From a bacterium (lineage in GTDB: Bacteria; Bacillota_I; Bacilli_A; RFN20; CAG-826): DNA of 64,000 nucleotides. Both the position numbers and the translations under genes were made by a program. A model generated the notes under the pieces. The model ran no database searches. It was not told the origin of the DNA and saw only the letters and a program-made list of their open reading frames with translations. Location: assembly GCA_963623195.1 (NCBI GenBank), contig CAVFKA010000006.1:102-64101 (forward strand), written 5' to 3'. Shown here one piece after another: positions 1 through 10,075 of this stretch; position 1 is the first letter of the stretch, and each line of letters starts with the position of its first letter.

Positions 1-899
1 AGGGATATTCATCTTTTTTGAAAGAATATTTGTCTTTTATCGATAAAATTTCTCTAAGCGTGCCTTTAGGACAATTTTCTACCTTATCCATCTATTTATA
101 TTATTTTTCAATTTTTATGTTTCTTTATTTTTACAATATCGGCTTAACAAATTTTGGAAATTTGTTTGCTATATTGCAAATTTCATCTCTTTTATTTCCT
201 TCATTACCGCTAGAAAACGCTTTCGTTCAACAAATAAGTTTCATTAATGTTGGTCAAGGAGACTCTATATTGATAAGAGATAAAAATGTCACGGTTATGA
301 TTGATACAGGTGGCATTTCCTCTTTTGATTTAGCAAAAGAAGTGACGATTCCATTTTTACGAAAGCAAAAGATATACAAAATTGATTGCCTTATCGCATC
401 TCATCAGGATTACGATCACATTGGAGCGAAAAATAGCCTCATTTCTAACTTCAGTGTAAGAAAATACGTCGAAAGCAGAGATGATTTTCCTCTAAAGGTT
501 GGCAATTTAACGTTTAACAACTATAACATATACGATTACAATGACGAAAATGAGAAAAGCTTGGTCTTATCATTAGATTTTATGGGCAAGAACTTTCTTT
601 TTACCGGTGATGCGGACATAGAGATCGAAAAGAAGATCTTGAAAGACAATCCAAATTTAAAGACCGACGTTTTAAAAATAGGCCATCATGGCTCGAAAAC
701 TTCCTCGTCATACGCCTTCTTGGAAACGTTGCATCCTGAAATGTGCATAATTTCAGTAGGGCAAAACAACAAATACGGCCATCCGAACGAAGAAGTAATC
801 AATCGATTGAAAAAATTAAAATTGAAGTATAGAAGAACCGATTTAGAGGGGACGATTACGTACAAAACATTTTTTAATACGCCTTTAGGTGATTTATAG
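1..899 (+). CDS. comEC: ComEC/Rec2 DNA-uptake channel, C-terminal part (5' end lies upstream of the window)
   Basis: The reading frame is open to the left window edge. A hydrophobic segment is followed by metallo-beta-lactamase motifs (VGQGDS, ASHQDYDHIG, GHHGS, YGHPN). It is followed by holA, as in Bacillus. Confidence 0.8.
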   Translation, partial: GYSSFLKEYLSFIDKISLSVPLGQFSTLSIYLYYFSIFMFLYFYNIGLTNFGNLFAILQISSLLFPSLPLENAFVQQISFINVGQGDSILIRDKNVTVMIDTGGISSFDLAKEVTIPFLRKQKIYKIDCLIASHQDYDHIGAKNSLISNFSVRKYVESRDDFPLKVGNLTFNNYNIYDYNDENEKSLVLSLDFMGKNFLFTGDADIEIEKKILKDNPNLKTDVLKIGHHGSKTSSSYAFLETLHPEMCIISVGQNNKYGHPNEEVINRLKKLKLKYRRTDLEGTITYKTFFNTPLGDL

Positions 900-924
900 A
901 AGAAAAGAAACTATAATAATTAAT

Positions 925-1905
925 ATGATTTATATTTTGAATAGTTCACAATCAGCAATGCTAACGGTCCATCTAAATAAGATGATAAAAGAGTCCTTAC
1001 CTGAACATGATGATTTGAATTTCGTCAAAATTGATATGTCTACCTCTAAGATACTAGATTTATCAAACGAATGCCTTTCTTTGCCTATTGGATATGAGAA
1101 AAAAGCCGTTATTGCGGAGAATTTCCATTACTTAGCAAGTAGCAAGACCAAAAAGAAACTTCTTAATGGAGACGATGATGCTCCATTGCTTGATTTTTTC
1201 AAAAATCCTGACCCATGCATCGAACTTTATATATTAGTTTATTCTGATAAGTTAGATGAAAGGAGTGCCTATTATAAAGCATTAAAAGAAAGCGGTAGTA
1301 AATTCTTTAGCATCAAGCCTTTTGATGAAAGTGACTGGCAAAAATATATACCCACATTCCTTTCTAAAAAAGGCTGTATCATAACTCCTGATGCAATAAC
1401 CGAACTTTCAGATAGAATTAATGGGGATTACGCTTTGTTCTTACAAGAAGGAAATAAACTTGCAACTTACGCAAATGGCGAAACGATAACCGTTGATACA
1501 GTAAAGCAATTGGTTTCCGCTCCTCTTGAAGATGACGTTTTTGCTTTATCAAACGCTTTGACTAGAGGTGATAAGCTTCAAGCCTTGCACGTTTTCAAAG
1601 ATATGCAAACAAAAGGAAGTTCAGGCGGAGCCATTCCATTGATGAACATGTTATCTAATCAGTTCATATTCCTAGATCAAGTTAGATTTTTATACAAAAG
1701 AGGCTACGATCCTATTGATATAGCAGCTAAATTAAATTGTTCTCCAGGAAGAGTTAAGGCATCATCCTATTCTATAAGGAAGATGTCTGCTAATTGTTTA
1801 CATCGTGCCATCAATCAATTATATAGATATCAATCATATGTCTTTCAAGGCAAGATGAATGATATTCTTGCTTTTGAATTGTTTTTGGCAAACTTTGAAC
1901 TATGA
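925..1905 (+). CDS. holA: DNA polymerase III delta subunit
   Basis: Size and position directly after comEC fit holA. ATG 925 (MIYILNSS...) is preferred over GTG 889, which overlaps comEC. The TGA stop overlaps the next ATG (ATGA). Confidence 0.65.
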   Translation: MIYILNSSQSAMLTVHLNKMIKESLPEHDDLNFVKIDMSTSKILDLSNECLSLPIGYEKKAVIAENFHYLASSKTKKKLLNGDDDAPLLDFFKNPDPCIELYILVYSDKLDERSAYYKALKESGSKFFSIKPFDESDWQKYIPTFLSKKGCIITPDAITELSDRINGDYALFLQEGNKLATYANGETITVDTVKQLVSAPLEDDVFALSNALTRGDKLQALHVFKDMQTKGSSGGAIPLMNMLSNQFIFLDQVRFLYKRGYDPIDIAAKLNCSPGRVKASSYSIRKMSANCLHRAINQLYRYQSYVFQGKMNDILAFELFLANFEL

Positions 1906-2348
1906 AAATAGTAATAATTTCCGATACTCATGGTTCTTTTTCTGAATTAAAAAGAGTCAAAATGATTGAAAATGGGGCGGATATGTATCTCCATGCGGGA
2001 GATGTGGAAGCTTTTTCTAATGAAGATATTTCTCCTTTTGCTCCAGTGAAAGGAAATTGCGATTATTACGCATCTTCATTTCCTTTTGAAAGAAAAATCA
2101 ACACGCCATATGGCCTTCTTTTAATAAGACATCACCCAATAATTTACGAAAATGATCTTGAAGAGATTTATAAAGAAGGAGTCAGAATCTTTATCCACGG
2201 TCATACCCATGTAAAAGAAAACAGGAAATATAAAGACATGCATATCATTTGCCCAGGTTCCTTAACAAAGCCAAGGGATGATTACGCTTCATATGTCGTA
2301 TTAGACATTTCTAAAGATGAAGTGGGCGTCACATTCAAAAAAATATAA
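1902..2348 (+). CDS. YfcE/MJ0936-family metallophosphoesterase
   Basis: Motifs SDTHGS, HAGD, GNCD and HGHTH appear in the canonical order in a 148-aa protein. Confidence 0.75.
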   Translation: MKIVIISDTHGSFSELKRVKMIENGADMYLHAGDVEAFSNEDISPFAPVKGNCDYYASSFPFERKINTPYGLLLIRHHPIIYENDLEEIYKEGVRIFIHGHTHVKENRKYKDMHIICPGSLTKPRDDYASYVVLDISKDEVGVTFKKI

Positions 2349-2351
2349 TAA

Positions 2352-2377
2352 AAAATCCTCGTCTATGCGAGGATTTT
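2352..2377. terminator. Bidirectional intrinsic terminator between convergent yfcE-like gene and rpsT
   Basis: Hairpin AAAATCCTCG-tctatg-CGAGGATTTT, flanked by an A-run on the left and a T-run on the right. Confidence 0.7.
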
Positions 2378-2394
2378 CATTTCTTTAATTGAAT

Positions 2395-2655
2395 TTATAA
2401 AGAAGCAACTTCACCTTGGAGGTGGGCTTTCTTGCGGTTTGCGGAATTCTTAGAAATGATTCCGTCTTGGGCAAGCTTATCAAGAAGGGAGATAGCCTTG
2501 TTTGTTTCGGCAATTGCAAGATCTTTGTTTTTTGCAGCGATTGCAGCTTCAGCTTTCTTGATTTGTGTGCGTGTTTCACTCTTACGAGCAGAATGGTGAG
2601 CATTGTTTCTTTCGCCAATGTCAATACGTTTGATTTGTGATTTAATGTTTGCCAT
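2395..2655 (-). CDS. rpsT: 30S ribosomal protein S20
   Basis: MANIKSQIKRI... is a typical S20 N-terminus in an 86-aa basic protein. The ORF-track 5' extension to 2766 is rejected. Confidence 0.9.
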   Translation of the reverse strand: MANIKSQIKRIDIGERNNAHHSARKSETRTQIKKAEAAIAAKNKDLAIAETNKAISLLDKLAQDGIISKNSANRKKAHLQGEVASL

Positions 2656-2722
2656 ATATCTTTTTTTAATCCTTTTCGACTTATGCGTTCTCGATTTTAC
2701 ATTTAATATAAAATTAAAACAA

Positions 2723-4750
2723 CTATTTTTCGTTATTTTTGACACTTTCTTTCGATAATTTTTCAATATCGAGGATTTCTTTGGTGAAATCAGCTACCGT
2801 AAGAAGAACTCCATATTTTTCAGTTGGAATGGAAATTTTGAATATTGAGTTGAGTTCTTGAACCATCGTTACATAGCTCATTGAATCTCCACCGAGATCT
2901 TCTCCCCATGATGAATTATCGTCAATTTTATACTCAGGAAGATAGAGAACTTTGGAAAATAATTTACGAACTTTCTTTGCTGTAGCATCGATGCTTTTCT
3001 TATCGTATCCCTCAAGAGAAATCGTTTTCTTATTCAATTCTTTTCCGTCAAAAGATAAGAAATCTTGAGGATTTTTCTCCAATTCTTTCTTAAGGACGAA
3101 TCTCTTAACTTTCATGTTGTTTGCAATTGGAAGATTCTTTTTATAGATGTAAGCGCAAGAAATTTTCTTCTCGTTTGATAATGTGGCATTAATTGAGTCA
3201 ATGTCTTTCTTGATATCCGATATATCCTCGTTCTTGACGTTATTTTCCAAAACAACTACAAGTATGATTTTTTCCGCATTGTCTTCACTTATTCCGAATA
3301 CAACTAGGTTATTGATGTGTTTAACATCACGGAAATAACTTTCTATTTCATCCGGATAAACATTTTCGCCATTTGAGGAAATGATCGTGTCTTTAATACG
3401 GCCTTTTATGTAATAACGTCCGGAATTATCGACTGATGCAATATCTCCAGTATGGAAGAAACCATCATCCAATTCTGTAGGTTTCCTTACCCCGTTAATT
3501 ATTTCTTCAACGTGAATTATGTTAGATTTTACGCATAATTCTCCTTCGTTAGGATTTGCTTTATCGCTTGATATGATTTTATATTCGATATCACCAAAAG
3601 GTTTTCCGATAGATCCCAAAAGACGCGTATCCACCTTAGAAGATTGTTCAACGCTAGTAACGCCGATTTCTGTCATGCCATAACCATTGTTTAGAGGGTA
3701 TTTCAAACCATTGATCAATGCGGATGTTTTTGGCAAAAGATATCCACCGCCAGATATGCAGAATTCAACTTGATTTCCTAAAACTTTGTTTCTGAGGATA
3801 TGGTTGAAAAAAGAAGTGGCGGCAAAACCTGCCTCTTCACGGGAGATTTTGTTATTGTTGAAATCCAACATTTTTTTGATTAAGTCTTGCTTTGACTGGG
3901 TTTGCAAAGAAACGGTGCGTTGCAAAGCTTGTGAAACGCTATCCCAAAACATTGGTACGGAAAAAACATGCGTGCATTTGCCTTTTTTCACTGCCTTTAA
4001 GAGATCGGATGAGGCAATGCTATTTGGATAAACGAGGGTTTTCCCATAGAAAGAAAACCACAAAAATACCGCGACAAAGCCAAAAATATGATGGAAAGGT
4101 ATCATTGCTAAAATATTTATCTTTCCAGGATGCATCAAACAATTCCCTTTTTCTGGGATATTTTTAGCAGCGGCGATTTGATAACAAAGATTCTTTCCCT
4201 TCATGACCATCATTTTGATGTTGCCTGTCGTTCCGGAGGAGCAAAAGAGAACCTCATCAGCCCAATTAGGCGTGAAAAGCCTGTCCTCATCGGAGTTTCT
4301 AACATTGTTCAAGCGGAAAGAAGGAACGGAATACGAATCTTCTTCATTAGCGATAATCGCTTGGGCTTTCGAATCCTTTAATAAGTTTTCAGTATTATCG
4401 CGAGGAAGATTTGCGGCGATGAGCAATACCGGATGGCCAGTCATAAGCAAAGCCCAAAACATTAAAGGCCAATTTGGGGAATTCTTAAGTTTTAATCCAA
4501 CAATTGAACCTGCTGGTATTCCGGATAATAAAGTTGATAACCTTTTCGCTAAAAACCAGACGTTATCCTTATATTTTGCATAAGTGTAAGATCTTTTTTT
4601 ATCATCTTCATCAAAATATATGCAACATTTCTTGTCCGCGTGGACGCTAGTGAAATTTTCAAATATATCTTTCAAAGTCAAAGACGTTTCCATCAAAGGC
4701 TTATATTGATCGATGAATTTTTGACAATCTTTTTGGCTATAATTACTCAT
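2723..4750 (-). CDS. ANL-superfamily adenylating enzyme fused to a C-terminal phosphopantetheine carrier domain (A-T didomain)
   Basis: Adenylation core motifs SSGTTGNIKM, NGYGMTE, FHTGD, GRIKDTIISSNGENVYPDEIE and NMKVKR. The last ~80 aa carry LGGDSMS, a carrier-protein Ser motif. GAGG lies 6 nt upstream of the ATG. Confidence 0.75.
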   Translation of the reverse strand: MSNYSQKDCQKFIDQYKPLMETSLTLKDIFENFTSVHADKKCCIYFDEDDKKRSYTYAKYKDNVWFLAKRLSTLLSGIPAGSIVGLKLKNSPNWPLMFWALLMTGHPVLLIAANLPRDNTENLLKDSKAQAIIANEEDSYSVPSFRLNNVRNSDEDRLFTPNWADEVLFCSSGTTGNIKMMVMKGKNLCYQIAAAKNIPEKGNCLMHPGKINILAMIPFHHIFGFVAVFLWFSFYGKTLVYPNSIASSDLLKAVKKGKCTHVFSVPMFWDSVSQALQRTVSLQTQSKQDLIKKMLDFNNNKISREEAGFAATSFFNHILRNKVLGNQVEFCISGGGYLLPKTSALINGLKYPLNNGYGMTEIGVTSVEQSSKVDTRLLGSIGKPFGDIEYKIISSDKANPNEGELCVKSNIIHVEEIINGVRKPTELDDGFFHTGDIASVDNSGRYYIKGRIKDTIISSNGENVYPDEIESYFRDVKHINNLVVFGISEDNAEKIILVVVLENNVKNEDISDIKKDIDSINATLSNEKKISCAYIYKKNLPIANNMKVKRFVLKKELEKNPQDFLSFDGKELNKKTISLEGYDKKSIDATAKKVRKLFSKVLYLPEYKIDDNSSWGEDLGGDSMSYVTMVQELNSIFKISIPTEKYGVLLTVADFTKEILDIEKLSKESVKNNEK

Positions 4751-4806
4751 GTTTTACCTCACAAATTGTATTGTAACATTTCTTTAAAAGAAATTATCGA
4801 TAAAAA

Positions 4807-4815
4807 TGTTATAAT
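4807..4815 (+). promoter_or_regulatory. Extended -10 box (TGtTATAAT) upstream of fmt
   Basis: TGTTATAAT lies 31 nt upstream of the fmt ATG. No clear -35 element is present. Confidence 0.35.
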
Positions 4816-4846
4816 GTTTTAGCGATAAGTCTAAGGAGGAATATTG

Positions 4847-5794
4847 ATGAAATATGTTAATGCAAAAGATGTAAAAGTTCTTTTCTTAGGAACGCCTGAA
4901 ATTGCCATAAAACCTCTATTAGGCTTGCTAGAAGCTGGGTTTGACGTTGTTGGAGTGGTTTGCCAAGAAGATAAAATTACCGGCAGAGGGCAAGGCCAAG
5001 TTGAAATGCCACCAGTTAAAAAGTTGGCTTTGAAGGCTAATTTGCCTGTTTTTCAACCACATCGCATAAAAAATGATTTTGAATTCGCCAAGAACATGAA
5101 TTTTGACGTAATAGTCTGCATGGCTTACGGTCAAATTGTTCCGATGGATTTTGTTTCTTTAGCACCAAAAGGCGCGATAAACCTACATGGATCGTTGCTT
5201 CCTAAGCTTAGAGGGGCAGCCCCAATTCAACGTTCTATCATGGAAGGTGATTCTAAAACGGGCATAACCTTAATGGAGATGGCCGAAAAAATGGATGCAG
5301 GCAAAATGTTTGATAAACGTGAAATCCTAATCGAAAAAGATGATAACTACACGACTTTGACTTCCAAACTTGGCGATTTAGCAAAAGAAATGATTATGGA
5401 AGACCTTCTGAAATACGTAAACGATGAACTTCTTGGGATTCCACAAAATGAAGATGAGGCGACATTTGCTAAAAAAATTCTTCAAGAAGATGAACATCTC
5501 CCATTAAATTTAAATGCTCTTGAAACGAACAGATATATTCGCTCTTTAGCGGACAAACCAGGTGCATATGTCATTTTCAGAGACAAGAAATTAAAAATAT
5601 TTTCTTCTGAAATTGTCGATAATATCAGCCTTTCTAATGGTGTTATCAAATCCATCAAAGGCAAAATGTATCTTGGCACGACAAATGGCGCTTTATTGAT
5701 TAAAGAAGTCCAATACGAAGGCAAAAAACGCATGGATGCAGGCGCTTTTGCCAATGGCGCTAGAATTTCTCCCGATGGCGAAAAAGTAAGATAA
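4847..5794 (+). CDS. fmt: Methionyl-tRNA formyltransferase
   Basis: FLGTPE N-terminus and the HGSLLPKLRGAAPIQ formyltransferase motif. AAGGAGGA lies 6 nt upstream of ATG 4847. Confidence 0.9.
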   Translation: MKYVNAKDVKVLFLGTPEIAIKPLLGLLEAGFDVVGVVCQEDKITGRGQGQVEMPPVKKLALKANLPVFQPHRIKNDFEFAKNMNFDVIVCMAYGQIVPMDFVSLAPKGAINLHGSLLPKLRGAAPIQRSIMEGDSKTGITLMEMAEKMDAGKMFDKREILIEKDDNYTTLTSKLGDLAKEMIMEDLLKYVNDELLGIPQNEDEATFAKKILQEDEHLPLNLNALETNRYIRSLADKPGAYVIFRDKKLKIFSSEIVDNISLSNGVIKSIKGKMYLGTTNGALLIKEVQYEGKKRMDAGAFANGARISPDGEKVR

Positions 5795-8161
5795 ATGACT
5801 AATAATAAGAAAGAAAGACTATCCTTATCAGTCCACCAATTGGTAGATTTTCTTTTGCGTGAAGGCGATATCGACAATCGAATTTATAACCAAGAAACGA
5901 TGCAACTTGGCTCTAAACTCCACTCAGCCTATCAAAAATCGCAAGAAAACACCTATTTATCTGAAGTTTTTCTTAAAGATGAGATTGAAAGTGGCGATTA
6001 TATCGTCTCAATCGAGGGAAGGGCAGATGGAATCATCATTGGCGATGAGAACCCAGTAATAGATGAAATAAAAACAACCGTTTCTCCTTTAGAAGAATTC
6101 TATGAAATCCAAAAAGAATGGCATTATGGGCAAGCTAAATGCTACGCCTATATGTATATCAAAAAAGAGGGGTTACCACGTTGCAACATTCGTCTAACCT
6201 ATATTTCCCAACAGGATTTTGATTGCAAACTCATCAAAGAGAAATGTTTCACTTATGAACAACTAGAAAAATATGTCCATGATTTAGTTGAGCGTTATAT
6301 CAGTTTCATTCAAAGAGAAAAACAACATTATATCGATAGAAACAAGTCAATTGAGAATTTGCCTTTCCCATATGAAACGTTTAGAAAAGGCCAACGCGAA
6401 GTGGCCAAATATGTCTACACCGTTTCGAAAAAAGGCGGAATTTTCTTCTTTGAGGCCCCAACCGGAATAGGGAAAACGATTTCAGCTCTTTTTCCGGCCC
6501 TTAAAAGCTTGGCGAAGACAAATAACGCTAAAATTTTCTATCTAACAGCCAAAACATCTGGAAGACAATCTTGTTACGATGCGATGACCGCCTGTTACGA
6601 AAATGGCTTAATTGGACGTGATTCTTTGCTTGTCGCCAAAGAAAAAATGTGTTTTTCTCCCGGAAAATCATGTAATCCAGACGAATGTCCGTTCACTAAA
6701 AACTACTATAGCAAACTCCGAGAGATAATCGAAAAAGAATCAAAAGAGCATAATCGATATAATCAAGAAACGGTTTCTAAAATCGCCGAAGAATACGAGG
6801 TTTGTCCATTTGAGCTTCAATTGGATCTTTCTTTGCTAAGCGACGTAATCACCTGTGACTACAACTATTTTTTCGACCCATTAGTAAAACTCGAAAGATA
6901 TTTTTCAGAAGAAGTAGACTCTTCAAAATACGTAATCCTCATCGATGAAGCCCACAACCTCAACACTAGAACTCGTGATATGTTTAGTGAGACCATCTCC
7001 TTAAAAGAAGTAAACAAAGCATATGATGATTTAGCCGGTTCACCTTTTAAAAAAGTTCGAAATTCCCTTAAGAATCTCATGAAAAGACTCAAGGTCCTAG
7101 AAAATGAGGGAAAGGATTTCAAGGTTTACGAAAAAATCGACGAAACCGTTGATAAATATTTAAATAGATTCGATGAATCCACCAAAAACAAAGAGAAAGA
7201 AGAGTTAGAAAGGTCTATGCCTTTCCCTAAAAGTGTTAAAGACTTATCTCGCAAAGTCTATCGTTTTTTGTTTCTGATGAGCAATTACTCACAAAATTCC
7301 ACCCTTTACACATTTCTTGACCATGGGGATTTCAAACTCGAATTTCAATGCCTTGATCCATCTCCATATTTAATTTCGGATTTCAACAAAGTTAAGGGGG
7401 TGACTCTCTTTTCTGCGACTTTATCGCCAATAGATTACTATATGGAGTCTCTTCTAAACGACACTTCATACCCGTTTTTATCCTTACCTTCCCCATTTCC
7501 TAGGGAGAATTTTCACCTAATGGTTGCCTCTAATATTTCAATTAGGTATAAAAATCGTGAGAAAACATACGAAAAAGTAGCCAGTTACTTAGAAGCTTTC
7601 GTTCAAGGCAAGGTAGGAAACTATTTCATTTATTTCCCATCATATGAATACTTAGAGAAAATACAAGGAATGCTCAATTTTAATGATGCGGATGTCTATA
7701 TCCAAAATAGAGAGATGGACGATATCGACAAAGAAAAATTCTTAAAACATTTCAAAAAAGAACCAAGCAAAACCACCATCGGCCTACTTATCATCGGAGG
7801 TTCTTTCTCCGAAGGAATCGATTTGCCAGACGATAGATTGATTGGTGTCGCAGTCGTTGGGGTTGGTTTGGCACAAATTTCCAAAGATATCGATTTAATA
7901 AAAGAATATTACGACAACAAAAATGGCGAAGGCTTCAAATACGCTTATATTAACCCTGGCATGAATAAGATTATGCAGGCCGTTGGCCGTTTAATCAGAA
8001 GCGAAAAAGACGTTGGCAGCGCTCTTTTAATCGATGAAAGATATTCAAATAGCGATTATAAACCGCTCTTTTCGAAGAATTGGAGTCATTATGAAATCGT
8101 TAATTCAAAAGAAGATATCATCAAATCTTTATCTTCGTTCTATCGAAAAGTAGGAAAATAA
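5795..8161 (+). CDS. XPD/DinG-family Fe-S DNA helicase with N-terminal PD-(D/E)XK (RecB/Cas4-like) nuclease domain
   Basis: N-terminal nuclease motifs: GRADGI (Asp), IDEIKT (ExK) and QAKCYAYMY (QxxxY). Helicase motifs: [27 protein letters not shown] and [10 protein letters not shown] Cys cluster ([14 protein letters not shown]...CPFE) sits between Walker A and DEAH. The ATG directly follows the fmt stop. Confidence 0.75.
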   Translation: MTNNKKERLSLSVHQLVDFLLREGDIDNRIYNQETMQLGSKLHSAYQKSQENTYLSEVFLKDEIESGDYIVSIEGRADGIIIGDENPVIDEIKTTVSPLEEFYEIQKEWHYGQAKCYAYMYIKKEGLPRCNIRLTYISQQDFDCKLIKEKCFTYEQLEKYVHDLVERYISFIQREKQHYIDRNKSIENLPFPYETFRKGQREVAKYVYTVSKKGGIFFFEAPTGIGKTISALFPALKSLAKTNNAKIFYLTAKTSGRQSCYDAMTACYENGLIGRDSLLVAKEKMCFSPGKSCNPDECPFTKNYYSKLREIIEKESKEHNRYNQETVSKIAEEYEVCPFELQLDLSLLSDVITCDYNYFFDPLVKLERYFSEEVDSSKYVILIDEAHNLNTRTRDMFSETISLKEVNKAYDDLAGSPFKKVRNSLKNLMKRLKVLENEGKDFKVYEKIDETVDKYLNRFDESTKNKEKEELERSMPFPKSVKDLSRKVYRFLFLMSNYSQNSTLYTFLDHGDFKLEFQCLDPSPYLISDFNKVKGVTLFSATLSPIDYYMESLLNDTSYPFLSLPSPFPRENFHLMVASNISIRYKNREKTYEKVASYLEAFVQGKVGNYFIYFPSYEYLEKIQGMLNFNDADVYIQNREMDDIDKEKFLKHFKKEPSKTTIGLLIIGGSFSEGIDLPDDRLIGVAVVGVGLAQISKDIDLIKEYYDNKNGEGFKYAYINPGMNKIMQAVGRLIRSEKDVGSALLIDERYSNSDYKPLFSKNWSHYEIVNSKEDIIKSLSSFYRKVGK

Positions 8162-8181
8162 TCTATAATCTTTACTTGCTT

Positions 8182-9999
8182 ATGCCATTTGATAAATCAC
8201 ACATTAGAAATTTCTCAGTTATAGCCCATATTGACCATGGCAAATCCACTCTATGCGACCGCATTTTGGAAGAAACTGGCGCAGTTGATAAGCGCAACCT
8301 TTCAGAACAAATGCTCGATAGCATGCCTTTGGAACAAGAAAGAGGCATCACGATTAAATTAAATGCCGTAACGGTTACTTATAAAGCCAAAAACGGCGAA
8401 GATTACATATTTAATTTGATTGATACCCCAGGGCACGTAGATTTCACCTATGAAGTCTCCCGTTCCTTAGCCGCTTGCGAAGGTGCTCTTTTACTAGTTG
8501 ACGCAACTCAAGGCGTTCAGGCTCAAACTTTAGCGAATGCCTACCTTGCGATCGATAATGATTTGATGATTTTGCCAGTTATCAACAAAATCGATCTTCC
8601 TAGCTCTGATGTTAAAAATGCAGAGAAGGAAATCGAAGAAAAACTAGGCTTATCAACGAGCGATATATCATTAGTTTCTGCTAAAACAGGCCAAGGCGTG
8701 CCTGAAATGTTAGAAAAAGTCGTTGAATTGGTCCCTTCCCCAGAAGGAGAGGTTTCATCACCTTTGAAAGCTCTCATCTTCGATTCATATTACGATTCTT
8801 ACCGTGGAGTCGTTGTTTTGTTACGCATCAAAGAAGGCAAAGTCAAAATTGGGGATGAAATTTTGCTCATGCAATCAAATAAAAAATACACGGTTACCGA
8901 ACTAGGAATAAGAACGCCTAAAGATTTGCCAGTAAATGAGCTTGATGCAGGAGAAGTTGGCTATTTATGCGCAACGATCAAAGATATCAAAGATGTTTTC
9001 CCTGGTGAAACGGTTACTTTAGCGAATAATCCAGCCGAAAAGCCTCTTCCTGGATACAGAAAGATAAACCCTATGGTTTATTGCGGCCTTTATCCTGTTG
9101 ATTCCCAGAAATACAACGACTTAAAAGAAGCACTCGCTAAATTATCGCTCAACGATTCCTCGTTAACTTATGAACCTGAATCATCTGAAGCCTTAGGTTT
9201 TGGCTTCCGCGTAGGATTCTTGGGCCTTTTGCATATGGATGTCATCCAAGAGAGACTGGAAAGAGAATATAATCTCAATCTCATTTTGACTGCCCCATCG
9301 GTCAAATATCGCATAAATTTATCCGACGGAACCTCGAAAATGATCGATAACCCATCAGAAATGCCCGATGCATCAAAAATCAAATCGATAGAAGAACCTT
9401 TTGTTGACGCGGAAATAATGACTCCAAAAGAATATGTTGGAGCCATCATGCAATTATGTCAGGAAAGAAGGGGAATTTATCAAGATTTAGTCTTCTTTGA
9501 TGATACTCGCCAAATCGTTAAATATTCTTTGCCGCTTAGCGAAATCATCTTCAATTTCTTTGATAAATTAAAGTCTATCTCCAAGGGATACGCTTCACTT
9601 GACTATCAGATTGAAGGATATCATTCAAGTGAATTATCTAAGATGGATATTCTCTTAAATGGTGATAAAATCGACGCTTTATCGTGCATCGTCTATCGTC
9701 CTTTCGCCTATGAAAGAGGAATCAGAATCGTCTCAAGACTTAAGGAAATCATCCCTAAGCAACAGTTTGAAGTACCTGTTCAAGCCGCAATCGGCGGGAA
9801 GATCATTGCAAGAAACACCATAAAATCCGTAAGAAAAGACGTCTTAGCGAAATGCTATGGCGGAGATATCTCACGTAAAAAGAAATTGCTCGAAAAGCAA
9901 AAAGAAGGAAAGAAGAGGATGAAACAAATCGGATCAGTTGAAGTCCCTCAAGAAGCCTTCATGGCCGTCTTATCACTAGATGATGACGATAAAAACTAG
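8182..9999 (+). CDS. lepA: Elongation factor 4 (LepA)
   Basis: [18 protein letters not shown] and NKIDL motifs, with full-length LepA architecture. ATG 8182 is preferred over TTG 8176. Confidence 0.95.
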   Translation: MPFDKSHIRNFSVIAHIDHGKSTLCDRILEETGAVDKRNLSEQMLDSMPLEQERGITIKLNAVTVTYKAKNGEDYIFNLIDTPGHVDFTYEVSRSLAACEGALLLVDATQGVQAQTLANAYLAIDNDLMILPVINKIDLPSSDVKNAEKEIEEKLGLSTSDISLVSAKTGQGVPEMLEKVVELVPSPEGEVSSPLKALIFDSYYDSYRGVVVLLRIKEGKVKIGDEILLMQSNKKYTVTELGIRTPKDLPVNELDAGEVGYLCATIKDIKDVFPGETVTLANNPAEKPLPGYRKINPMVYCGLYPVDSQKYNDLKEALAKLSLNDSSLTYEPESSEALGFGFRVGFLGLLHMDVIQERLEREYNLNLILTAPSVKYRINLSDGTSKMIDNPSEMPDASKIKSIEEPFVDAEIMTPKEYVGAIMQLCQERRGIYQDLVFFDDTRQIVKYSLPLSEIIFNFFDKLKSISKGYASLDYQIEGYHSSELSKMDILLNGDKIDALSCIVYRPFAYERGIRIVSRLKEIIPKQQFEVPVQAAIGGKIIARNTIKSVRKDVLAKCYGGDISRKKKLLEKQKEGKKRMKQIGSVEVPQEAFMAVLSLDDDDKN

Positions 10000-10025
10000 A
10001 TAAAAACTTAATTTTTATAAAATTA

Positions 10026-10041
10026 TTAGTAGTTTTCTAGT
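10026..10041 (-). repeat. ACTAR-N6-ACTAR phased direct-repeat motif, copy A
   Basis: The minus strand reads ACTAG-AAAACT-ACTAA. The motif abuts the -35 box of the following gene. Confidence 0.6.
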
Positions 10042-10069
10042 TGCTTTAAATATCAACTCTTTTTATAAT
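10041..10069 (+). promoter_or_regulatory. Sigma-70-type promoter TTGCTT-17-TATAAT, apparently giving a leaderless mRNA
   Basis: The -10 box ends 6 nt before ATG 10076. There is no Shine-Dalgarno sequence in between. Confidence 0.45.
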
Positions 10070-10075
10070 AATTTC

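Noticed and set aside
1902-1905. UGA read as Trp (Mycoplasma/Spiroplasma code 4)
   Set aside because: TGA terminates holA, rsmE and yqeG at positions that give normal protein lengths and ATGA coupling. No conserved protein needs an in-frame TGA, and Trp codons seen are TGG. Code 11 applies.
2352-2377. Identical stem sequence AATCCTCG...CGAGGATT in the terminators at 2352-2377 and 23521-23550, as a possible repeated element
   Set aside because: Only the 8-bp stem is shared. The loops and flanks differ. Two occurrences of a short GC-containing stem can arise by convergence in terminators.
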